A stretch of 63,369 nt of DNA, filler included, from Candidatus Tectimicrobiota bacterium (GTDB lineage Bacteria > JACPSX01), in assembly GCA_016193065.1 (NCBI GenBank). It is 7 parts of 7 records of this genome, joined end to end, with 100 filler letters (N's around TTAATTAATTAA, not from the genome) between each part and the next. Parts side by side here need not be neighbours in the genome. Positions count along the whole stretch, not along the records: positions 20,407 to 23,548 come from JACPSX010000091.1; positions 23,649 to 45,413 come from JACPSX010000092.1; 5 more parts are not named here. One strand, 5' to 3'. Both the position numbers and the translations under genes were made by a program. Under the pieces are notes generated by a model, which saw only the letters and a list, made by a program, of their open reading frames with translations, had not been told where the DNA came from and made no database searches. Below are positions 21,479 to 31,325 of this stretch, one piece after another. Numbering within the stretch: position 1 is the stretch's first letter; the number at the start of each line of letters is the position of its first letter.

Positions 21479-22506
21479 TAGTGCACTGACTCAGACGGAC
21501 GGTACAGGCAGTCGATCGATTTTGGCGAGGATTGTATCGGCGGGTTTGGTCCAGACGAAGGGCTTTGGGTCATCGTTGTGGTCCTCGATGTAACGGTTGA
21601 TGGCGGCCTGGAGATCGGCGATCGAGGTGAAGATGCCGCGCTTGAGTCGTCGCCTGGAGAGGACGGAGAAGAAGGTCTCGACGGCGTTGAGCCAGGACGC
21701 GGAGGTCGGCGTGAAGTGGAGCACCCAACGCGGATGGCGCGCCAGCCAGGCGCGGACTTTGGGATGCTTGTGGGTGGCGTAGTTGTCGGCGATGGCGTGG
21801 ATGATCTTGCCGGGCGGGATGGTACGGCGCTTGTAGTCGTGGGTCATGGTGCCGCACTTGCCGGGCTTGAGCGGCAGGCCGGGCTGGGTCCGGTCGAGGG
21901 CCTGGATCTGGGACTTCTCGTCGATCGACAGGACGATCGAATGGGCCGGCGGGTGCATGTAGAGGCCGACGACATCCTCGACCTTCTCGGCGAAGGCGGG
22001 ATCGTTGGAGCGCTTGAAGGTGCGCCAGCGATGCGGCTGCAGGCGATGGGCCTCCCAGATGCGCTGCACCGCGCGCAGGGAGATGCCGACGGTCTTGGCC
22101 ATCGCGCGGCCGGTCCAGTGGGTCGCCTCGCCCGGCGGCTCAGCGCAGGTGAGCGCCAGCACTCTTGCCACAGTGGCCGCCGGCAGCGGTGGCTTGCCCG
22201 GCGGCCGGGTCTTGTCGCGCAGCAGCCCCTCGACGCCCTCTTCGGCGTAGCGCCGCTGCCATCGCCAGACGGCCGGCCGGCTCACGCCGGCGCCACGCGC
22301 CACCGCAAGTACAGGCAGGCGCTCGGCGGAGAGAAGAACGATCCGGGCGCGCTGGATGTGCTTCAGCGGCCGGCTGCGATCACCAACAACCGCGGCCAAT
22401 CGCGCGCGGTCCTCGGTTCCAACGATCACAGATACAGTCTGGGCCATGCACCCAGACTCGCACGAACCGACAAACTTGTGAATCCTATGTTTGTGTCAGT
22501 GCACTA
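21479..22506 (-). mobile_element. IS630-family insertion sequence
   Basis: Terminal inverted repeats ctagtgcactgac (21478-21490) and gtcagtgcactag (22495-22507), with TA at both ends. Confidence 0.93.
21491..22447 (-). CDS. IS630 transposase with in-frame internal deletion
   Basis: HTH, SIDEKSQIQALDR, ADNYATHK and SWLNAVE present; the segment normally following THDYKR (HGTTTLFAAL...) is absent. Confidence 0.9.
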   Translation of the reverse strand: MAQTVSVIVGTEDRARLAAVVGDRSRPLKHIQRARIVLLSAERLPVLAVARGAGVSRPAVWRWQRRYAEEGVEGLLRDKTRPPGKPPLPAATVARVLALTCAEPPGEATHWTGRAMAKTVGISLRAVQRIWEAHRLQPHRWRTFKRSNDPAFAEKVEDVVGLYMHPPAHSIVLSIDEKSQIQALDRTQPGLPLKPGKCGTMTHDYKRRTIPPGKIIHAIADNYATHKHPKVRAWLARHPRWVLHFTPTSASWLNAVETFFSVLSRRRLKRGIFTSIADLQAAINRYIEDHNDDPKPFVWTKPADTILAKIDRLPVPSV

Positions 22507-22558
22507 GGCGCGCTACGCGGCCTCCGATCGGAGAACCTCAACTACTTTGTGATACTCT

Positions 22559-23110
22559 TCACCTTGGCCACCTTGGAGCCAGCACGGCGGCCTTCGTCGC
22601 GGTGGCAAGAATAACGTCCATATCGGCCGGTCTACCGTCAGTAATCCTCGCCGGCCACGGAATGCGTAGCATGCCATCACAATTCACGGGCGAGATGGGA
22701 GTGGTTTTAGCGTGATGAAAGTGACAAGTCCATCCTTTCAACCACGTCGCCGCAGTGCTTTCACTGCAAAACAAGGCCCCAACGCAGCCCCATGGCGCGC
22801 CGATGCAACTGGACGCTGCGGACGGTTGTTCCGCCTTCCATAGGGCTTCCGCCTCCGCGACAAGTCCCGCAACATTTTGGGGGTGCATCGCACACGGTAC
22901 CAGAGCACCTTGTCCCAGAGGGTCGCCCTTGGTCTCGAAGGTCATTGTGAACGTGTTGCATCGAGACGAGGATAGCCGACCGTAACGGATCGGCACTTTC
23001 ACCTGGACCTTCTCGCCGACACGCAGACGCGATCGACGCCATGCGTCTCTCTGCCCGTTCTGCCCGTTGTCCCATAGGAGCGATCCGATAATCAAAATGC
23101 CGACGCGCAT
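22559..23110 (-). CDS. Hypothetical protein with integron-cassette-like 5' end
   Basis: AAGGAGG RBS; GTTAGAC core 16-22 nt upstream of ATG; IGSLLWD N-terminus weakly recalls GGCT/ChaC-like proteins. Confidence 0.7.
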   Translation of the reverse strand: MRVGILIIGSLLWDNGQNGQRDAWRRSRLRVGEKVQVKVPIRYGRLSSSRCNTFTMTFETKGDPLGQGALVPCAMHPQNVAGLVAEAEALWKAEQPSAASSCIGAPWGCVGALFCSESTAATWLKGWTCHFHHAKTTPISPVNCDGMLRIPWPARITDGRPADMDVILATATKAAVLAPRWPR

Positions 23111-23200
23111 CGTTTCCTCCTTGGCGTCTAACGGCGGGTGTGAGAGACATTATCACAAACACACAGTGGCCCTACTACAACCCGATCGGGGACACGACCT

Positions 23201-23458
23201 ATGGCCAAGTTCTCTTCTCCAATCTGTGCCGCAGTCGTATTGACGCTTGAATGTATTTTATTCTCTCAGCCTGCATTCTCCGAGTGGCGGTACCAGACAA
23301 GAATTATTGGAGACGAAACACGGATGGACACCGTCTCCAACCGTGATCGGCGCGGGGTCGAGATCGTGATTGTGTGTCTTAAGCACATTTCAATCCACAC
23401 TAAACGGAACGTAAGCGCTGTCTTGGCCCCACCTTTCAGGTGGGTGGCTGACGTGTGA
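23201..23458 (+). CDS. Hypothetical secreted protein, possibly truncated
   Basis: Signal-peptide-like N-terminus ending in AFS-EW. Confidence 0.35.
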   Translation: MAKFSSPICAAVVLTLECILFSQPAFSEWRYQTRIIGDETRMDTVSNRDRRGVEIVIVCLKHISIHTKRNVSAVLAPPFRWVADV

Positions 23459-23548
23459 AGGTGCTTCTCTTTTCGGAGGAGCGCTTGGGCACATGTCGGA
23501 CACTGAGCTTACGCCCATGTTGGAGGGAGAGCAGGTCCGCCGGATCGA

Positions 23549-23648
23549 NNNNNNNNNNNNNNNNNNNNNNNNNNNNNNNNNNNNNNNNNNNNTTAATTAA
23601 TTAANNNNNNNNNNNNNNNNNNNNNNNNNNNNNNNNNNNNNNNNNNNN
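23549..23648. other. Artificial contig spacer
   Basis: N44-TTAATTAATTAA-N44. Confidence 0.97.
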
Positions 23649-23900
23649 AAATTAGCGACATACAAGCGGTAACTGCATACACCCAGAGTCCGTCGGGAAG
23701 GCTATAAAGGAACCATACGGGTAATGCGGCACGTAAGGGCTCGGACGCAGCTCTTAGGTTGGAAACCTGTTCAGCACTCATCAACAATTGCGCCCAATGG
23801 GAAAGGTAAAGAGTGGTGGACCGCCATAGGAGATAGATCATACCTCCAAGAAAAATTGGAAACACAACGTGCGTTGAGTACAGGGAAGCTATCGGACACC
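23649..23900 (-). CDS. Hypothetical membrane protein (partial, start uncertain)
   Basis: GGMIYLLWR...WFLYSLPDGLWVYA; low-GC ORF running into the spacer. Confidence 0.55.
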
Positions 23901-24164
23901 ATCTCTGGGAAGCTGCTTGATACGGTGTTTCCAATGCGGACCGGATGCGACAAGATCCTTCAGCATCCAGTGTGACAGCGGAGAAGGAGACAATAATCCT
24001 ACCGTCTCTACTGAGCCGGGTCTGAAGCGGAGTCATCGTGCCCTCCGAATCCCCTCTTGGAGTTTTCTCAGGGCCGAAAAAGCGTTCAATTTGGCGGTGA
24101 TCGGATTTTACGCTTCGCTGCCTTCTGAGAGCAATCTTATTTTCCCTATGGGTGACCTGCAAAA

Positions 24165-24225
24165 CCCCCGTCCGCCTGGTTCGACACAGCTCACCACAGG
24201 CTTCGACGTGGCTCAGAGCGAACGG
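24165..24225. repeat. REP-like element (TTCGACnnnGCTCA doublet)
   Basis: ttcgacacagctcaccacaggcttcgacgtggctcag, flanked by ccgtccgc / gcgaacgg. Confidence 0.5.
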
Positions 24226-24365
24226 AGTTTAGTCCATCCTCCTCCGGCCGGCCCCCAGCGGGTAGTGCAAATGCCTCAGTTGCCATTTGCATCCAAAGCG
24301 CTTACAAGATTCCTATCGGGAGGGGTCAACCGTCCGAAGTTTGTGCGACTTCCATAGGTTGGCCT

Positions 24366-26222
24366 TTGAGGATCAAGGGGTTTCATCAGAGCTTACGCTT
24401 CAAGGCAACTGCGGGGATCGTGGTGGCCGTCGTGGCCATCATGTCGATCTTCTACAGCTTCCAGGTTTTCGCCTTCCGCAACGAACTCATCAAGAACCTG
24501 AGGGACTCCAGCACCCACTACCTGAGCGATGTCATCAAGGGGAGCCTCAAGCACGCCATGATCAACCGGGATCTGGGCGAGGCCCGCTACATCATCGAGA
24601 CGGTCGGCAAACAACGGGGTGTGGACAACATCTTCCTGGTGGACAAGCGCGGAGAGATCATGATGTCCCCGGAGATGAGGAGGGTCGGGGAAATCCTCAA
24701 CCTGAACGACTACACCTGCCAGATCTGCCACCAGTTCAGCCCCGAGGTGCGAAACAAAACCGTTATATATAAGGAAGAGAACGGCCAGCGCATCTTCCGC
24801 AACGTGAACCCCATCTTCAACGAGCCCGAGTGCTACGGCTGTCACAGCCCCCTGACCAAGGTCAATGGCGTCCTCATCACCGACTTCTCCATGGCCGACA
24901 TTGAAAAGCAGATCGCCACGAAATTCAAAGAGGTTCTCCTGTCCATGGGGTTGATGATCATCACCTCGGTGATCGTCCTAAGCTTTTTGCTGAACCGCCT
25001 GGTGATCAACCGTCTGGAAAAGCTCGTGGGTCTCACGAAGTTCTTCGGTAAGGGGGATTTCGACAAGAAAGTTACAGGGGAAGGAGAAGACGAGATCGGT
25101 GTCCTGGCCGAATCCTTCAATGAGATGGCCGGCGCCCTGAAGCGCTCCATCGAGATCCGGGACAAGAAAGAGCTTCTGGAGCGGGTGCTCGGCAACGTGC
25201 GCGAGTCCATCATCGTCATGGACCCCAACGGCACCATTCTCTTCTTCAGCCACGGGGCCGAGGAGATGCTGGGTTACGGCGCTCTGGAATTGACCGGTGA
25301 GCCGTACTCCTCCCGGGGAGAGGCGCAGGGTCAGGTCTGGAAGAGCGTCGAACGGGAGGGCTCCTTCCGGGGCGAGATCCAGCTTCTGCGCAAGAGCGGA
25401 GGAGCCTTCCCCGCCTTCGTGAACGTGAGCCATCTGCGAGACGAGCACGACCACATCCTGGCCTACGTCGACATCACCTACGACCTGACCGAGGAGAAGA
25501 GCCGGGAATCCCTGCAAAAGCAGCTCATCCACTCCGAGCGCCTGGCCGCCACGGGGCAACTCGCCGCCGGCGTCGCTCACGAGATCAACAACCCCCTGGG
25601 CAACATCCTGCTTTACTCCAAGCTGGTCCTGGAGGAGATCTCCCCTCAGGACCCTCATTACAAGAACATCAACAAGATCGTGGACAACGTGGTGCGCAGC
25701 AAGAAAATCGTCTCGGACTTGTTGGATTACACCCGCAGCAGCGACACGGACAAGAAGCCTAACGATGTGAACCGGATCGTCCAGGCCGCCAACAGCATTC
25801 TGGCCAACGAGATCCGGATTAATAATGTGGAGTGCCACCTGCGCCTGCAGTCCGATCTCCCCCCGGTCATCTGCGACCGCAGCCAGATCCAACAGGTTCT
25901 GGTCAACGTCATGCAGAACTCCATCCAGGCCTTCCAGGCCGGAGGACGGATCGAGGTGATCACCCGGGCTCCGGATCCGGACTGGGTCGTCGTGACGGTC
26001 AGGGACAACGGGCCCGGCATCCCCAAGGCCCTGCAGTCCAAGGTGTTCGAACCCTTTTACACAACCAAGGACAATGGCACGGGTCTTGGCCTCTCCATCT
26101 GTTACGGGATCATTCAGAGGCACGGGGGGCACATCTGGATCGAAAGCGGCAACGGCGAGGGAGGGACGGCGGTGGTCTTTCGACTGCCGGTGGCGGCCAG
26201 CGTGGCTGCGGCACCCGTATAG
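24366..26222 (+). CDS. Sensor histidine kinase (periplasmic sensor with two CxxCH, HAMP, PAS, HisKA, HATPase)
   Basis: CQICH and CYGCH lie between two TM helices; AHEINNPL H-box, DNGPGI and GTGLGL. Confidence 0.93.
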   Translation: MRIKGFHQSLRFKATAGIVVAVVAIMSIFYSFQVFAFRNELIKNLRDSSTHYLSDVIKGSLKHAMINRDLGEARYIIETVGKQRGVDNIFLVDKRGEIMMSPEMRRVGEILNLNDYTCQICHQFSPEVRNKTVIYKEENGQRIFRNVNPIFNEPECYGCHSPLTKVNGVLITDFSMADIEKQIATKFKEVLLSMGLMIITSVIVLSFLLNRLVINRLEKLVGLTKFFGKGDFDKKVTGEGEDEIGVLAESFNEMAGALKRSIEIRDKKELLERVLGNVRESIIVMDPNGTILFFSHGAEEMLGYGALELTGEPYSSRGEAQGQVWKSVEREGSFRGEIQLLRKSGGAFPAFVNVSHLRDEHDHILAYVDITYDLTEEKSRESLQKQLIHSERLAATGQLAAGVAHEINNPLGNILLYSKLVLEEISPQDPHYKNINKIVDNVVRSKKIVSDLLDYTRSSDTDKKPNDVNRIVQAANSILANEIRINNVECHLRLQSDLPPVICDRSQIQQVLVNVMQNSIQAFQAGGRIEVITRAPDPDWVVVTVRDNGPGIPKALQSKVFEPFYTTKDNGTGLGLSICYGIIQRHGGHIWIESGNGEGGTAVVFRLPVAASVAAAPV

Positions 26223-26234
26223 AGGGAAAAGTTC

Positions 26235-27617
26235 ATGGAACTGCCCCGCAAGCGCATCCTGATCGTGGACGACGAGGAAGACACCCGGGACGCCTGCACC
26301 CAGGCCCTCAAGAAAGAGAACTACGAGGTTGTGACCTGCAGCAACGGCTTCGAGGCCCTCGAGCGCTTCCGGACGGATGCTTTTGACATTGTCGTGGCCG
26401 ACATCAAGATGCCCAGGATGAGCGGCATCGAGCTCCTGAGATCCCTCCACAAGATCGATCCCCAACTGGCGGTCATCATGATCACGGGTTACGCCGACGT
26501 GGACACGGCAGTGGAATCCATGCGGGAGGGGGCCGTGGACTACGTCCCCAAGCCCTTCACTCCCGACGAGCTGCGGCTGGTGATCAAGAACGCACTGGAG
26601 CGCCAGCACCTCCTTCAGGAAAACCGGGCTCTCAAGGAAGCCCTGCGCCGTTCGGTGAATGCCGGGGAGATCATCGGCGAGAGCGAGCCCATCCAGAAAG
26701 TCCGCCAGCTCATCGACAAGGTGGCCGGCACCGACTCCACAGTTCTCATCCTGGGGGAAACGGGAACCGGCAAGGAGCTCGTGGCCCGCCAGATCCATCA
26801 GAAGAGCAGCCGGGGCAACAGCCAGTTGGTGGTCGTCAACTGCGCCGCGATTCCGGCCGATCTTCTGGAAAGCGAGCTTTTCGGCCACGAGAAGGGCGCC
26901 TTCACGGGGGCCCTGCGCCGCAAAAAGGGGTTCTTCGAGCTGGCCGACGGCGGCACCCTTTTCCTGGACGAGGTGGGGGACATGAGCGTCGATCTGCAGT
27001 CCAAGCTCATGCGGGCCTTGCAGGAGAGGGAGATCCAGCCCGTGGGGAGCGAGCGCAAGGTCTACGTGGACGTGCGCATCGTGGCGGCCACCAACCGGGA
27101 CCTGAAGGACGCCATCCGCCGCGGCACTTTTCGGGAAGACCTCTACTACCGCCTGAACGTCATGCCGATCGTGCTCCCTCCCCTGCGGGAGCGGCCGGGG
27201 GATATTTCCCTGCTGGCCGATTATTTTCTCGGGAAGTACAACGCCGATCTGAAAAAACGAGTGAGAGGGTTCACCCCGGGGGCCCGCGCCCTTCTGGAAA
27301 GCTACCCGTGGCCCGGAAACGTCCGTGAGCTGGAAAACGCCGTCGAGCGAGCCGTGATCCTCAACGAGGGGGAGATGATTACGGTGGACAGCTTCAGCCA
27401 GCTCAGCAGCGAAGCGGCGCCCGCCTCAGCGGCTGCAGGAGATGGGGCCAAGGAAGTGAACCGATACCCCTCTCTCAAGAAGGTCGAGCAGGACTACATC
27501 CTCGAGGTGCTGCAGGCCACCCGCTGGAACCGCAAGAAAGCTTCCGAGATCCTCGGGATCAGCACCGTGACCCTGTGGCGCAAGATTGAGGAGAGACAAA
27601 AAGACATTAAAGAATGA
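26235..27617 (+). CDS. Sigma54-dependent NtrC/AtoC-family response regulator
   Basis: Receiver domain, GETGTGKE, ELFGHEKGAFTGA, WPGNVREL and Fis-type HTH. Confidence 0.96.
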   Translation: MELPRKRILIVDDEEDTRDACTQALKKENYEVVTCSNGFEALERFRTDAFDIVVADIKMPRMSGIELLRSLHKIDPQLAVIMITGYADVDTAVESMREGAVDYVPKPFTPDELRLVIKNALERQHLLQENRALKEALRRSVNAGEIIGESEPIQKVRQLIDKVAGTDSTVLILGETGTGKELVARQIHQKSSRGNSQLVVVNCAAIPADLLESELFGHEKGAFTGALRRKKGFFELADGGTLFLDEVGDMSVDLQSKLMRALQEREIQPVGSERKVYVDVRIVAATNRDLKDAIRRGTFREDLYYRLNVMPIVLPPLRERPGDISLLADYFLGKYNADLKKRVRGFTPGARALLESYPWPGNVRELENAVERAVILNEGEMITVDSFSQLSSEAAPASAAAGDGAKEVNRYPSLKKVEQDYILEVLQATRWNRKKASEILGISTVTLWRKIEERQKDIKE

Positions 27618-27738
27618 AATGATCCCTTGCAAGAATTCGTTTCACTTTTGTTGTTCCTTCCTCTCCAAATTTCCTGAGCAACCTTCCGACCCTCAGACAC
27701 CCCAGCAAATATAAGGCATTGGCAGATTCCCTTCCCCG

Positions 27739-27754
27739 TGGCACGCAACCTGCA
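27739..27754 (+). promoter_or_regulatory. Sigma54 -24/-12 promoter of the molybdoenzyme operon
   Basis: TGGCAC-GCAAC-CTGCA with correct GG/GC spacing, 35 nt before ATG 27789 and next to a sigma54 activator gene. Confidence 0.8.
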
Positions 27755-27788
27755 CTTCTCTCCGGCAACACTCATAGAGGAAGGGCTC

Positions 27789-28220
27789 ATGAACGGATTG
27801 ATGGATCTCCTCGGGAAAAAGTTCTTCTCCAGGGGCAGCGGCGATACGGGAAGGCCGGAGGTCCGGCGCATCCTGCTCGTTCACAACGAGCAGGACCAGT
27901 GCGAGTCCCTCACGGACTTCCTGGAAGAGGAAGGCTACCGGGTCTCCCGCACCCGCCAGGGCCGCAAGGCCGTCTCCATGGTTCTCAACGGAGGAGTGGA
28001 CGCGGTCATCATCAAGGGGAAGCTGCTGGATCTTTCCGGATACGAAGTAGCTTCCATCGTGCGCCGGCTCGACCCCGAGATCCGTGTGATTCTCACTGTG
28101 GGCGACGAGTCGGAACTTTACGGTGGCGAAAGAGAGCAAGTGGATTTCTTCCCGTGCCTGCTCGAACCCTTCCAGCCGCGCCAGATTTTGCGGGCCCTGG
28201 AGGGGGGCGCACAGAAATAG
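27789..28220 (+). CDS. Single-domain atypical receiver protein
   Basis: Receiver-like pattern (ILLVHNE, DAVIIK, LSGYEV, EPF) with acidic pocket residues altered; GAGGA RBS. Confidence 0.8.
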   Translation: MNGLMDLLGKKFFSRGSGDTGRPEVRRILLVHNEQDQCESLTDFLEEEGYRVSRTRQGRKAVSMVLNGGVDAVIIKGKLLDLSGYEVASIVRRLDPEIRVILTVGDESELYGGEREQVDFFPCLLEPFQPRQILRALEGGAQK

Positions 28221-28229
28221 GAGCGGGCC

Positions 28230-28685
28230 ATGAATCGACGAGCACTGCGTCTGCAACTGAAAATCGGCGCCGTCGCCGGTGCCGCGGCCTTTCTCTTCGT
28301 GGGAGTTCCCTGGGGAATATTTTACGGGGGCTCCTTCGGCCTGCTCTCGGCGGTCAGCATCATGGGCTCCCCCTTGCCGGAGCGCAGCGTCGTCACCCTC
28401 TTCGTGATCGGCGGCATGGCCCTCGGCGTGGCCGCGGCCTGCCTCTTCTGGCTGGCCGTAGGCTCCCTGGTCGCGCTGGCCGTGGGAACCGTCACCAAGC
28501 ATCTCGTCAACAAATCCCTGGAGAGGATCGACTCGCGGGAAACTCTCGACTCTGCAGATTCCTCCGGGCCCACCCCCTTCATTATCGGGCTCAGGACTGT
28601 GCAGCACTTCTTTTCCTCTGAGGACACCCCAAGGGTTCAGAGTCCTGCGGAGACCATGAAAGGAGGAACCGGTGACCTGGCTTAA
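28230..28685 (+). CDS. Hypothetical membrane protein
   Basis: Two Gly-rich TM segments; AGGAG RBS; within the operon. Confidence 0.7.
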   Translation: MNRRALRLQLKIGAVAGAAAFLFVGVPWGIFYGGSFGLLSAVSIMGSPLPERSVVTLFVIGGMALGVAAACLFWLAVGSLVALAVGTVTKHLVNKSLERIDSRETLDSADSSGPTPFIIGLRTVQHFFSSEDTPRVQSPAETMKGGTGDLA

Positions 28686-28794
28686 ACTCTTCTTGATGTA
28701 CGGCGGAATCTTGTTTGCGGTGGCGCTGTTTGCCGCCTGGAGCTGGCACGCATCCGGCGGGCAGGGGAAGAACCTTTCTGAAAAAGGGAAGTAA
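28672..28794 (+). CDS. Small single-TM protein (40 aa)
   Basis: AAAGGAGG RBS, GTG start, MTWLKLFLMYGGILFAVALFAAWSWHASGGQGKNLSEKGK*; ends 2 nt before the next gene; below the ORF track cutoff. Confidence 0.65.
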   Translation: MTWLKLFLMYGGILFAVALFAAWSWHASGGQGKNLSEKGK

Positions 28795-28796
28795 TC

Positions 28797-29402
28797 GTGG
28801 AAGGTAACGGCTCCCGCAAGAAAGGCAAACGCTACGCCATGCTCATTGACTTGAGGCGCTGCCTGGGCTGCCACTCCTGCGCGGTGGCCTGCAAGAGTGA
28901 AAACGACGTTCCCCTGGGAGTCTACCGGACCTGGGTCAAGATCGTGGAGAAGGGGTCCTACCCCAACGTGCGCCGGGTCTTCGTCCCCAGCCTGTGCAAT
29001 AACTGCGAGCGCCCCGTGTGCCTGAGCGTGTGCCCGGTGAAAGCGACTTACCGCAGGCCTGACGGCATCGTCATGATCGACGAGCACCGCTGCATCGGCT
29101 GCAAGTACTGCATGGCCGCCTGCCCTTACGATGCCCGGCACGTGAACCCGATCAAGAAGATCGTGCAAAAGTGCTACTTCTGCTTCCACCGGGTGGACGC
29201 CGGGCTGGTTCCGGCCTGTGTGAACACCTGCCCCGGCGGGGCCCGCGTGTTCGGTGACGTGAACGACCCCGAAAGCGAGATCTCCCGCCTGATCGCCACG
29301 AACCCAGTCCAGGTCCTCAAGCCCGAGAAGGGGACCGAGCCCCGGGTCTACTACATCGGACTCGATGAGATGGCCGCCAAGGCAAAGGTAGAGGAAGCCT
29401 GA
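28797..29402 (+). CDS. Four-cluster Fe-S subunit (NrfC/PsrB/TtrB/DmsB family)
   Basis: CLGCHSCAVAC, CNNCERPVCLSVCP, CIGCKYCMAACP and KCYFC...PACVNTCP. Confidence 0.95.
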   Translation: MEGNGSRKKGKRYAMLIDLRRCLGCHSCAVACKSENDVPLGVYRTWVKIVEKGSYPNVRRVFVPSLCNNCERPVCLSVCPVKATYRRPDGIVMIDEHRCIGCKYCMAACPYDARHVNPIKKIVQKCYFCFHRVDAGLVPACVNTCPGGARVFGDVNDPESEISRLIATNPVQVLKPEKGTEPRVYYIGLDEMAAKAKVEEA

Positions 29403-29403
29403 G

Positions 29404-30303
29404 ATGATCGAAGTCCAGACGATTTACAACGTCCCTTACGGAGAGGCATTGGGGGTCCCCATCGCCGTCTACTTTTACCTCACGGGTCTCAGCGCGGGCT
29501 CCTTTATCCTGTCCACCCTGGCCTACGGTTTCGGCATGGCCAGGTACAAGCCCCTGGGGAAGATCGGCGTCGTGCTGGCAACCCTGCTCCTGGTCGTGGC
29601 CCCCGTGAACCTGATGATCGACCTGGAGCAGCCCTGGCGCTTCTGGGAGCTCTTCTACTACATCAACCTCACTTCTGCCATCTCCTGGGGCTCGTTCCTG
29701 CTCACCCTCTACCCGATCAACTGCGTGATCTACGGCACCTTCATGTTCATGGGAAAAGCCCGGCTCACGAAAATTTTTGGTCTCATCGGCATCCCGCTGG
29801 CCCTGTCGGTGCACGGCTACACGGGCTTCATCCTGGCCCTGGCCAAGGCCCGCATTTTGTGGAACACGGCCTTGATGCCTTTCATCTTTCTGGTGTCGGC
29901 CATGGTTTCCGGAATCGCCATGATGATCCTGGTGGCGATCGTCCGGGACAAATACTTCAGCGCCGAGCGCAAGATTAACATGGACCTCATCAACGGCCTG
30001 GTGGTCATGTTGATCGGATCCATCGTGGCCGATCTCACTCTGATCGGCACGGACATCCTCGTTCTTTTGAACTCCCACGACGAAGCCTACGAGGCCGCGC
30101 AACTGATCCTCACAGGGGCCTTCCGAAATATCTTCCTGGGAGGCGAGATTTTCCTGGGGGCGCTGATCCCCCTGGCTCTCTTGAGCAACCGCATCACCCG
30201 GACTCCCTTTGGCATCACGGTGGCCTCGGTCCTGGTCATGATCGGAATTTTCGCCATGCGCTACACCATGGTGATCGGCGGACAGGCGATTCCCCAACAT
30301 TGA
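29404..30303 (+). CDS. NrfD/PsrC-family membrane anchor
   Basis: IAVYFYLTGLSAG, DLEQPWRF, SAISWG and YTGFIL motifs; about 8 TM helices. Confidence 0.93.
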   Translation: MIEVQTIYNVPYGEALGVPIAVYFYLTGLSAGSFILSTLAYGFGMARYKPLGKIGVVLATLLLVVAPVNLMIDLEQPWRFWELFYYINLTSAISWGSFLLTLYPINCVIYGTFMFMGKARLTKIFGLIGIPLALSVHGYTGFILALAKARILWNTALMPFIFLVSAMVSGIAMMILVAIVRDKYFSAERKINMDLINGLVVMLIGSIVADLTLIGTDILVLLNSHDEAYEAAQLILTGAFRNIFLGGEIFLGALIPLALLSNRITRTPFGITVASVLVMIGIFAMRYTMVIGGQAIPQH

Positions 30304-30330
30304 GCTATAAACCACGCAAGGAGGAACTGA

Positions 30331-31323
30331 ATGATGGAATCGAGTACCAAGCAAGAGATCCGGCGCGCTGCCAAGAGACAGCAGGATGAGTTTGAGGCCC
30401 AGAAGATCCGGGCCGGTACACTGCGCCCGAATCTCCTCTCGGCCACCTTGTTTATCCTATGCGCCCTGGCGGGAGTGGGGGCGTTCGTCCTCACCAACAA
30501 CCCGATCCCCACCGGGATCCTGCTGGTGGCGGGCGTGTTCATCCTTCTGGCTCTGAAGGTCGCAGCTCAGTGGGAGCGGGCTATCGTCCTGCGCCTGGGG
30601 AGATTCCACCGGATGGCGGGCCCGGGACTTTTCATCATTTTTCCCTTGATCGACACGATCCCCTACTGGATTGACCTGCGGCTAACCGCTACCGGCTTCC
30701 GGGCCGAGGAAACCTTGACCAAAGACAACGTCCCCGTGGACGTGGACGCCGTCTGCTTCTGGAAAGTCGTCAACCCTGAAAAAGCGGCACTGGAAGTCAC
30801 CGACTACTACGACGTGATCAGTTGGGCATCTCAGACGGCTCTGCGGGATGTGATCGGCAAGAGCGAGCTCTCCGATATGCTCGTGGGGCGTGAGAATATC
30901 GACGAGCAGATCAAGAACCTCATTGACAAGCGCACCGACGGCTGGGGCCTTCAGGTCCTCTCCGTCGAAATCCGGGACGTGATCATCCCGGCCTCTCTCC
31001 AGGACGCCCTGTCGATCCAGGCCCAGGCAGAGAGAGAGCGTCAGGCCCGGGTTATCCTCGGACGATCGGAGACTCAGATTGCCCAGATGTTCGCCGAGGC
31101 AGCCGAATCCTACAAGGATAATCCCACGGCCCTTCACCTGCGAGCCATGAACATGCTCTACGAAGGCCTCAAGGAGAAGGGCTCCATGGTCATCGTTCCG
31201 AGCTCGGCCGTAGAGACCATGGGGCTGGGAGCTCTCATGGGAGTGACCGCTCTCAATAAGATCACCAACGGCGGCAACGATGAAAAGACGGACGGCAACG
31301 GCAGCCATCCAGCGAGTGAATAA
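30331..31323 (+). CDS. SPFH/stomatin-like (slipin) protein
   Basis: WERAIVLRLG, LTKDNVPVDVDAV, QTALRDVIG and QAQAERERQAR motifs. Confidence 0.93.
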   Translation: MMESSTKQEIRRAAKRQQDEFEAQKIRAGTLRPNLLSATLFILCALAGVGAFVLTNNPIPTGILLVAGVFILLALKVAAQWERAIVLRLGRFHRMAGPGLFIIFPLIDTIPYWIDLRLTATGFRAEETLTKDNVPVDVDAVCFWKVVNPEKAALEVTDYYDVISWASQTALRDVIGKSELSDMLVGRENIDEQIKNLIDKRTDGWGLQVLSVEIRDVIIPASLQDALSIQAQAERERQARVILGRSETQIAQMFAEAAESYKDNPTALHLRAMNMLYEGLKEKGSMVIVPSSAVETMGLGALMGVTALNKITNGGNDEKTDGNGSHPASE

Positions 31324-31325
31324 CG

